From positions 262,136,001-262,200,000 of the forward strand of contig OZ024740.1 of NCBI GenBank assembly GCA_964016885.1: a DNA stretch of 64,000 nucleotides, given 5' to 3'. Positions 53,667 to 64,000 of the stretch are shown here, piece by piece. The translations under genes were made by a program, and so were the position numbers. This DNA comes from Eledone cirrhosa. Lineage: Eukaryota. Position 1 is the first letter of the stretch; each line of letters opens with the position of its first letter. The notes below the pieces were generated by a model. That model did not search any database and was not told the origin of the DNA. It saw only the letters and a program-made list of their open reading frames with translations.

Positions 53667-53891
53667 TTTCATTTATTGGCCACAAGGGCCGACATGTATA
53701 ATAATAATAATAATAACAATAATAATAACATCAACAACAATGGTATGATAATAACAACAATAATAATTAGAAAGAGACAAACATTATTTGAAACTTAGCC
53801 TAAAGAGCTAAATAAGAAAAACGAAAACACGCCACATTTAAAGACAACAACCAAGGGTGATGGTGAGGATGGTGGTGGTGCTGTTGTTGTT

Positions 53892-53936
<45 letters not shown>

Positions 53937-54994
53937 GGTGGTGTTGGTGGTGGTGGCGGTCGTGGTGGTGTTGATAAAAGGAGAAAAAGAAAAAAAAAAG
54001 TGAAAGAAAATAGGAAAGAGAGGGAGAGCGTGAGAGGGGGGGGGAGATAGATGGGTAAGAGAGAAATGGAACACAGACAGAAGGAGAGAAAGTGGGAGAA
54101 AAAGAGAAGAGGAGAAAGAGAGAGAGGGTGAAAGAGAAATAGAGTGAGAAAGAGAGAGGAAATCAATTATGATAAATTTCTAAGGATTTAAGTTGAAAAG
54201 AAAAGCAAATTACAACCTTAATTAGAAATAATCTAAAAAATGTTAATTGATGCTATTTATATGTCTTTATGCTATTACTAAAGATATTAATTTGTATAAA
54301 AGACAAGGCGACGTTGGCGTTGGCAGACTATCTATAGTGCCGATGATAAAATGCCCTATGGCTGTGAGGGACAAAGCCCGCCTTTACTTATAGACTGAGT
54401 TCAAATTCTTTTAAAGTCCACTTCGCTTCAGGCCTGTCTATTTTAGACATAAATAAGCATCAATCAAATGTAAGGGACCTTCGGTATGGCTGTTGACCAG
54501 TTTGAAATAGCAGCTATAATTCTTGTAAGTTCAAGTCTTGTCAAACAAGGAAGGGATTCATTAGATTGGTAGTTTTCACAATTCGTTTAGTCATGTAGCC
54601 CACATATGACTTTCCAAAAATCGTGTAACCGATATCTATGTCTCAAAGACATAGGATTAAATTTAAAAAGATATTTTTAAAAGCACATGATACATTTTTC
54701 ACTATATGCATTTAAAAATCCCAAACTCCAGAATATTTTTGCTGAACCCTTGGATTCCTTTCAGAAATCCTGCATTAGATAATGTACTCATACATACCCT
54801 CTGACTGATGACATAGTCTGCTCAATCAGGTTTGATATAGAGACAAGCAACAACAAAGGCGACAAAAACAACAGCCCAATAACTCACGTTTCCTAAATTA
54901 CGCATCAGTAATATACTATGTTATATATAACACCAGCTGTCGATCCCACCTTTAAATAAAGTACAATTTAAGAATATGTTGTAGTTGATTCACT

Positions 54995-55153
54995 CAGGGA
55001 CGTCTTAACAGCATTATAGGCCCCCGGGCAAAGCAGAGCACTGGGGCTCCTACCTACACAATCACTCACAGGAATAAAAGTACAAATGGTCCCCCTATCC
55101 AGGTGGGGCCCCCGGGCAACTGCCCAGCGTGCCCCTGCGTTAAGACGGCCCTG
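54995..55153. mobile_element. hAT-type MITE (159 bp)
   Basis: TIRs cagggacgtcttaac / gttaagacggccctg; perfect 8-bp TSD GATTCACT at 54987-54994 and 55154-55161. Confidence 0.9.
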
Positions 55154-55184
55154 GATTCACTCGATTTTGATGCATGATCACATA

Positions 55185-55512
55185 ACTCCTCAAGGAGTCG
55201 TAGGGGTGGCGTACGGACGTACAGCGTTTCTAGAGCATTTTAAATCACAGTGGAGCCCATTCCTCTCCAGGTCTGAATATAGCAGATATACCAGAGATAT
55301 AGCAGAGATATACCAGAGATATACCAGAGATATACCAGAGAATGACAGAGAGTTAGAGGATGGAAGTGAGAAAGAGATATAGAGGAAGAAATGACCCAGT
55401 ACTGGTACTTTTTTATCGACCTCGAATGGACGAAAGGCAATGTTGACTTCGGTGAAACAAATATCGCAAGGCAGTCTCTGACCTTCTAACGACTCTGCCA
55501 ATTTACCGTCTT
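55185..55512 (-). mobile_element. Composite SINE with internal 11-bp minisatellite (ataccagagat)
   Basis: Homologous to 12563-12900. Confidence 0.65.
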
Positions 55513-56136
55513 CAGCCGACTTTACACCATTCATAAAGCAGGTATCAGCGAGGAACTTATGTTATAAATAAGCAGCTCCTTGCCTAAAGTAGAAGTTATT
55601 GATGTTGTTATTTAGACCCATTGAACAGGTCCATAACTAAACCCATTCCAACCATTTTCTATGTATAATCAAGCATGGATTATACTTTTAAAGACATTCG
55701 GATGTGATTTGAGGGAAATTTGGCATCTATTTCCAGCAGATCAGCCAACATGTAGATGTTTACTCCTTGGTTTACAACATTGCTGTTGTTTAGGGAAGGT
55801 TATTCCATATTGTATGTATGTATGTAATCCGTGACTCCCAAGGGTGTCGTATAGCATGGACATTAATTGAACGCTTTTGAGCACAGGTCAACTCGATCAG
55901 AATTGACCTAGGGATACACTCACACATGCACAAATATACGCAGACATATACACATATACACACAAATATATATATACAGAGGCATATACAAATTCACTCG
56001 CACAAATTCATACATACACATACAAAGATAATTATATATATGCATACTTACATGCATAAATACATACATAGAAGCATACATACATGCAAGCATACATACG
56101 TGTATGCATACATGCATACAAGCATGCATGTACATA

Positions 56137-58080
56137 CGGTACTCTATTTTCACTGATAAAATAAATTATTGCAGGGGTATATTTCAGGGGGAGAGTCTCT
56201 CTGTGATATTATTCAGCTTGTCATTAAACCCCTTTTCCTTTCTGCTCAAGAAATGTGAGGGTTACATCATTGGCTCACAGGAGGACAGAAATACGAATGT
56301 AACTCATAATTTATTTGTGGACGATCTGAAACTCTATGCCAAGAACATGGATGGGATGAAGAAAAATCTTGACCTGGTTACAACATTGTCAAAGGATATA
56401 AGAATGGAGTTTGGCCAAGATAAATGCTCATACATGACTGTAAAGCGGTGAAAAACAACAACCCAATCTAACAACATTGTCATCAATGGCCTAACTGTTT
56501 CACCGATATCTGATGAGGACTGCTACAGATACCTGGGGATAGATGAGAACATATCCTATAATGGTATCTGTAATAAGGAACGCGTAACCAAGGAATACTA
56601 CACCGATTAAGAAAGATCTGGTCATCGGAACTCTCTGCGCAAAACAAAACAGTGGCTCACAATGTGTTTGCTGTGCCTGTCCTAACACCAACGTTTGGAA
56701 TACTCAATTGGACGATAGACGAAATCCGAGTATTTGATGTTGGAACTCGAAAAATACTAAACAACACCGGAAACTTCCACATCAACAGTGACATAGACCG
56801 CCTTTACTTGAAACGTAAGCAGGGAGGCAGAGGCCTAACATCAGCCCCGACTGCATTTGAATGTCGCATCATATATCTCCGCCAACATCTACGAACCTCG
56901 AAGCGTAGGAGCCCGTCTCTCGAGCAAGTCTATCTGCATGAAACAGATAAGATCATGAGAGTTGGGAAGGAACTCCTTGAGAGATATTCCCTGTGTGATA
57001 ATCAAAAACTCACACCCAGGGAAGTTGCTCAGCAGTATCGCAGGGAATCCATGGATGAAAAACTGCATGCTTATCAGCAAAAAATCATGCATGTATATGT
57101 TGCCAGGAAGCTCCAGAGTGAGAATAATATAGGGAAGGAAAGTAGTCTATCTTGGACCAATAACCGCTATATTGGCTCCCACTTTAAAGGATACGCTTTT
57201 GCAATCCAAGAACAGGAGATTAACACGAAATACCTGATTCACAGGTAAAACACCTAGATGTGATAACAAGTGCAGACTCTGCAGAACTAACATCGAGGAT
57301 ATCACCCATGTCATCAGCAGCTGTCCAAAGATGTCATCGCGGTACTATCTACCTATGAGGCATGATGTAGTGCCCAAAACGCTGTACAATTCAGTTCGTA
57401 AAAAAGATAGCCCGATAATAAACACATTAAAAGCTACAGCAATGTGGAAGACATCCATGTACATAATATGAAAGAGTACTGGTGGAATGTTCCAGTAAAA
57501 CCCTAATAAAATGCAGGCATAACAGACCAGATAATATGATATGGGACATGGAGAAGAAAGCATGCACAGTAGTGGAAATTACCTGCCCAGCAGATGCCAA
57601 TATAATATCAAAGGAGAATATTTATGCAGAACTGATGATAAATCTGCAGATACTCCACCCTGATTACACCTTCACATTTATGCCTGTGATTATTGGGGCA
57701 CTGGGGTATGTTAATAACTGCCTCAATACAAATCTTGAGAAGCTAGGCTTCACAGGAACAGAAAGAACACAACTAGTTAGGAAATTACAAGTACAATCTA
57801 TTAATGGAGCAGTAAAAATATGTAAAACATTCCAAAAATTTTGTATTTAATAACTGCATTTACACATGTACAGATACAAAACATATACACACGCACACAT
57901 ACAACTCAAAACATCCACATCAACACATATAATAACATCCATATCTACACATGCAGACATGCAGACATAATCTACCTAGTTGATGTTGTGTAAATTCCAA
58001 TGAGAGAGTCTTGTGTCTAGGTTAGAAACCGACTCTCTCTCTATTGGTAAAACTTTGTGAAATTATAAAACCAGAAGAAC
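56137..58080 (+). mobile_element. R4/Dong-clade LINE, 5'-truncated copy
   Basis: GIFQGESLS, FVDDLKLY, GGRGL, CRLC..ITHVISSC..MRHD, HNRPD..VEITC; 3' end ccagaagaac then ATACAT; 5' junction within CATA-rich repeats; close relative of 2823-4780. Confidence 0.92.
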
Positions 58081-58486
58081 ATACATATGTACACAGCAGC
58101 GATAAATACTTGCGAAAAGATTATTTCCATGTGTAATCTTATCCTGGATTACAATATATTTGCTAGAACCCAATATTTAGAAGATATAACAATATTCTAC
58201 CCTCATATATAATTACAGACAAAATATATAAATCTATAAAGTATTAGTATTAGGTTTTCTGGTTGGTGTCTTATTGTAAATGTTTCGTGATTATATTTAA
58301 TTCTACTCTTCTGAATTCGTCCTAGGGAGATTCAAATAATTCTAATAACGTTTCATATGATAGATATTAGAGCCTGGTAAATATGCTTCTCATCCGCTTA
58401 ACGTAACGGAAACTAATATTAAACATCACCATTTTCAATATTTAGTTTTTGTGACGACATCAAGTATCCATTATTTATTTGTATTA

Positions 58487-58671
58487 GGGCAGTGGATTGG
58501 CAGTATCGGTAGAGGGTCGGACGCCATGCTTTTCAGCATAGTTACGTCCCTTGCCATTCTGAGTTCAAATTCCGCCGAGGTTCACTTTTCCTTTCATCCT
58601 TACGGGGTCGATAAAATAAAGTACCAGTAATGAACTGAGTAATTGCTGGCTTTGTGCCTAAAGTAGAAACA
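58487..58671 (+). mobile_element. tRNA-derived SINE, young subfamily, with 17-bp TSD
   Basis: attatttatttgtatta at 58470-58486 and 58672-58688; A/B boxes tggcagtatcggtag and gagttcaaattcc. Confidence 0.9.
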
Positions 58672-59209
58672 ATTATTTATTTGTATTACTTGTTATGGTG
58701 GTGTAAGCCTTGTTGGCAGAGCGGAGTTATTCATGCGAAATATTTAAGAAATTCGTGTATAAGTAGCCGATCTTTCGCACGTTTACAAATCGCTGAGAAG
58801 ATAAAGGTAATATAGAGTATGATGTGCTCAAGAGTGGAGATGGTATAAATACCTTATAAAATAACTTTAAAGGCGGAAAAAAAAGTTGCCATTGGCCGCG
58901 TATGAGGAACCTTATATCTCCCGGATACCGGCTAGTCGCTTTAGATCGATAAGACAAAGGACTGTGACAACACTTACCGTCTTACATTAGATAGCTATAT
59001 CAAAAGCTAATTTATAGCATCTAGGCCCATGAAGAAATTCATGTCGCACTCAAAAGATCATATGTCTGATTCCACTGCGTGACATTTCTGACATGTGTAG
59101 GCACATACGGCATTTCTTGGGAAATTTTAAGCCTGGAGGAACCCATCTTCTCTCAAGAGAGGGGCAGAAATTGAGAGAAAGGAAAGAGATATAGACGAAT
59201 AATCGCCCA

Positions 59210-59345
59210 TCCCATTACTAGACAAGCACTTTTTTTATCAACCTCCCTCGAATGGAGGCAATGCAAAGTTGACCTCGGCGGGATTTGAACTCAGAGAGCA
59301 GAGAACCGAAACTATTACCGCAATGCCTTGAACCGATGTGCTAAC
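59210..59345 (-). mobile_element. Older SINE copy
   Basis: gcaaagttgacctcggcgggatttgaactcag motif. Confidence 0.6.
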
Positions 59346-59376
59346 ATTAATAAAGATGCTGATGTTACATAAATCG

Positions 59377-59409
<33 letters not shown>

Positions 59410-59588
59410 ATATATATACATCTGTGTGTGTGTGTATGAAATTATATACATAAAAGTTCTAACTAAACCAAAGAGCTAAATCGATAAGACGGCTGCGTTT
59501 AATGACAGATTTTTATATTGTGATATGTTATTGGACACAACAGAAGTATGTTTTGTTGGAATATTTAGGTGCATTTATAAATACAAAC

Positions 59589-59622
<34 letters not shown>

Positions 59623-59695
59623 CTCTCACTCTCTCTCTATATATATATATTATATTCATGCATACATACATAAAGACGCACACATATACATGTAC

Positions 59696-59888
<193 letters not shown>

Positions 59889-60385
59889 TATATATATGCA
59901 CGCATTCGTAACAAATAAATCGCAAAACATCGCCGCAAAGGTATCATGAAACAAAATGATGAATCAATGACAACTTTTGGCATTTTCGATTATTGACGAT
60001 TTGCTATCACATTCGTAGATTTTCAATTTTGTTTTGTTCTGAAAAAAAAAAAAGAAATCCAAACAAACAAGAAGAACAACTACCTTTACGACAACAATAA
60101 CAATAGTAGTAACAATAACAATAACAGCTGTCACTTTTATTATGTTTATCTTTATGATATTGTTGTTTTTATAGTTGATATAGCTGTTGTGTTTTAGTTG
60201 ATACTACGCACTTCTTTGAAATGAAATCTATTTATATATATCACAATACAAGCCAGAAAACATAGTGGGGAAATAGAGAAAAAAGAAGAAATACGACAAA
60301 TATGAACAATAATATATACATCGACTCATAAAACACACACACGCATATATATATATATATATGTTTATATATGTTTCCGTATATA

Positions 60386-60484
<99 letters not shown>

Positions 60485-60540
60485 CGTTTCTGAATTTGTA
60501 ACATGACCCTCCCAAAGTATAACAATATATCTATACATAT

Positions 60541-60603
<63 letters not shown>

Positions 60604-60973
60604 TGCGTGCGTATGCACATGAATATATATATATACGTATATTTCTACAAGATAAATATTAAAATAATCCATTTCATTATTGTCTACGTTGTCACATCGT
60701 TCAATATCTGGGCAAGCTCGTTTCATTCTATTGGACTCGATCAATTCACCCCCAAGCATAAAGCTAACTTAAGTAATAAACACGTGAAAAAGCAAAAAAA
60801 AAAAAAAAAAAAAACCTACGTAATACAAATATTAAACATGGTTTTGCCCCTAAACTGATAAAAAGGGAAAGTGTAAATCTATTGAGTTATCTCTAGATTT
60901 TTAAATATAGTTTATTTTTTTTCTAATCTTTTATTCAAACATATTTGGTTTCAATATATATATATATATATAT

Positions 60974-61037
60974 ACACATGATAAGGCGAAATATATAAAT
61001 AAACAAATAGATTACATGAAAAATAAAAGTAAATTTT

Positions 61038-61091
<54 letters not shown>

Positions 61092-61157
61092 TGAAAATTT
61101 ACTTTTATGTTTCATGTAATCTATTTGTTTATTTATATATTTCGCCTTATCATGTGT
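60974..61157. repeat. Inverted repeat (arms 60974-61040 and 61091-61157) centred on (TA)n
   Basis: acacatgataaggcgaaat...aaattttcaa / ttgaaaattt...atttcgccttatcatgtgt. Confidence 0.85.
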
Positions 61158-61345
61158 GTATCTATGATAGCTGTGATATAACCACCACATATGTGTATGC
61201 ATGTAGGCATGTATGTATGTATGTATGTATGCATGCATGCGTGTATGTATGTTTGTATGTATGGATATATATATGTATATACGTATGTATATTTGTATCT
61301 CTCTCTCTCTTTATATATATATATATATATACATACAGATATATG

Positions 61346-61404
<59 letters not shown>

Positions 61405-61476
61405 CGTATATATATATCTATTTATCTATCTCTCTATACATACATACAATCGTACATACATACATATATACATACA

Positions 61477-61671
<195 letters not shown>

Positions 61672-62052
61672 AACATTTTGTTTCATCAAATGTCAGAGCC
61701 GCGAAACTATATTGTATGACAAAGATACACTGAGTTTGAACCAAAAAAATCATCTTATTCGATATTATGTCTTGCATCTTACTATTTCTTCCTTTCATTG
61801 TTCATTAGCTGCAGGTCTCAACAAAAAGTGATTTTAGTTGGTGACTGAAATGTTGCAGCCATACCATGTTCTTTTAATTACATAAAGAAAACATAAAACT
61901 ACAAGAAAAAAATTATGTTGTTATATTTTAACATTGGACTATTAAATTATCATTTAGCTATCAAAATATGTACACTTTAACATTAGACTGTTGATAAATA
62001 TACTTTTGCATTATTAGGTTATACATCTTAAATTTACCTATTAAATATACAC

Positions 62053-62243
62053 AAATAGGCGGTGGATTGGCAGTATCGGTGGAGGGTCGGACGCTATGCT
62101 TTGACGCATAGAGTTACGGCCCTTGCCATTCTGAGTTCGAATCCTGCCGAGATTAACTTTGCCTTTCATCCTTACGGAGTCGATAAAATAAAGTACCATA
62201 ATGCACTGGGTAATTGCTGGCCTTGTGCCAAAAAGCGGAAACA
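62053..62243 (+). mobile_element. tRNA-derived SINE in a degenerate ~30-bp AT-rich tandem repeat (61880-62520)
   Basis: Young SINE body; attaaatatacac flanks both sides (62040-62052 and 62244-62256). Confidence 0.85.
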
Positions 62244-62854
62244 ATTAAATATACACTTTCACATTGGACTTGTCAAAATATATACTTTACCCATTTGTAG
62301 AGCGTACATACTAGCATTTATTTACTAAAATATAGACTTCACATTAAATTGTTAAATATATATTCATTGACATTAGACTATATTATACGATTTAGGAATT
62401 GGCAAATAATTTATATTTTCCCGATATAATATTACTATACATATATTAGATTATTAGAATATAGATCTTAACAGTTAGTTATTAAAATATACACTTTAAC
62501 TTTAAACTATTAAAATCTGTAAACGTAGAGAATATTGGGGCACCCACTGATGAATTATAGGAGCCCACTTGAATATATATCTATTGATGGTATACAAGCT
62601 TCTACATAAATTGGTATAATTTCACCCTAATTGTAGGAATCCTATAATGAAACGAGACTTCCGTCTGGGAAGAGATATATTCGATATGTCTCATATGAAA
62701 TAATACAGCCAATTTTCCACGCAATACATTTAGTTAGCACCCCGAACGCTTAATTAGGAATATAATCACTTATTTCCTAATGTTTGTTGAGTGAGTTGGA
62801 ATTTGGCCGGAGTATCGCTAAAAAGCTTTGTCCGATCTTGTATTTATTTATATA

Positions 62855-63245
62855 TATATTGTTATACTTGGTGAGGGTCATATTTGTGTAATATTGCCAG
62901 AATTAATAACAGAACACACTCACTGTTTGGTTGGTTTTCGCTTTTCGCTTCTGTGTCTTTTATATCGGTAATCTAATTTATTCGGTCCTCAATGTTGCCA
63001 TTGACTGGCCAACGGTCAAAATAATACAGATACAATATAGACACAAACACATATATATAGTTTATCAAAGTTCTTTCGTTGCACATCTGCAACATCATCA
63101 GAAATGCGCAACCGGTAAAACTTAAAACGAAAACTGAATACTAACCAATACTATTAGTAATTTTACTTATTCCTAATTAAACTATTTTTCACTGGGAATA
63201 ATTTGTCAGCATTTTCTTTTCCTTTTACCAATATATCATAACGCG
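62855..63245 (-). mobile_element. PLE terminal-repeat remnant related to 25462-27340 and 14850-15035
   Basis: atattgttatactt..gagggtcat and tcaaagttctttcgt motifs are shared. Confidence 0.5.
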
Positions 63246-63266
63246 TGTGTTACACCTCTATTCTTT

Positions 63267-63360
<94 letters not shown>

Positions 63361-63399
63361 CATATATATATATACACATATATATACATATATATATAC

Positions 63400-63434
<35 letters not shown>

Positions 63435-64000
63435 GTTAGAGAAGCAAAAAATTGCTTATTGTGATCCAGTTCTTGGTTAAGTAAGCCAGTTTCATGGATG
63501 GTTTCAACGTACGGTTAGGGGTAACTCTACAAGTTTGTAAGAATTCTGTTCAATCTTGGAGTATAAAGTATAAAAGAAAAAACACAGGTGAGCATTAAGA
63601 GAAGGATTTTATCCAGGTATTTACGACCGTTTCATTGGTAAGTGCAACCTTATATTGCTATACTGCAAATAGCAGCCACTCAATTATAATTGTTGTTCAC
63701 AGTCCAAATTTTCAAAATAGTAAGTTACTCTTGAAATAATTCTTAATATATCGAGAAAAACATTTATTTGCAATTGTATTTACTAGCATATAGAGAGAGG
63801 ATTCAGAAGGTGAGGGGACAAACGGAATAGTATAGAGAGAGAGAAAGGGGGAAGAGGTAGGAAGTAGAGTAACAAACTGAGATGGAGGGAGGGTAGAGAT
63901 GGAAGGATTCCTTAGTCAGTTTTGATAGCAGACGTCATGTCGCGGAATGTAGTGAGTTAAAGAGTAATAAAATGATCATAGTGTGAGGGATGGATAGAGA

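Noticed and set aside
58487-58575. tRNA genes at SINE heads
   Set aside because: A/B boxes are present but followed by SINE body, tail and TSD, with many diverged copies; no complete cloverleaf

Overview
AT-rich, microsatellite-saturated eukaryotic intergenic or intronic DNA. It is most likely from an octopus/coleoid cephalopod, inferred from recall of the ~180-bp tRNA-derived SINE consensus (not database-verified). No intact host protein-coding gene is supported, and nearly all listed ORFs are translations of simple repeats. The window is a nested graveyard of mobile elements: R4/Dong-clade restriction-like-endonuclease LINEs (two long copies plus fragments), several Penelope-like elements (PLEs; RT and GIY-YIG remnants), one CR1-type LINE, several RTE-clade fragments, more than 15 SINE copies, a complete non-autonomous Helitron, a hAT-type MITE with an 8-bp TSD and a possible solo LTR. 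Three patterns stand out. (1) About a dozen type I hammerhead ribozyme motifs with intact catalytic cores occur in unrelated PLE terminal-repeat families. Several sit in fold-back inverted repeats, and one has a 105-nt stem II. (2) A 220-600 nt non-coding retroposon family has RTE-like 5' motifs, covarying stems, a 3' hairpin and an (ATGT)n tail. (3) Three times, that tail is immediately followed by the 3' end of an R4/Dong LINE in the opposite orientation, suggesting one element creates the microsatellite target used by the other. Coordinates were read by eye and may be off by a few bases.
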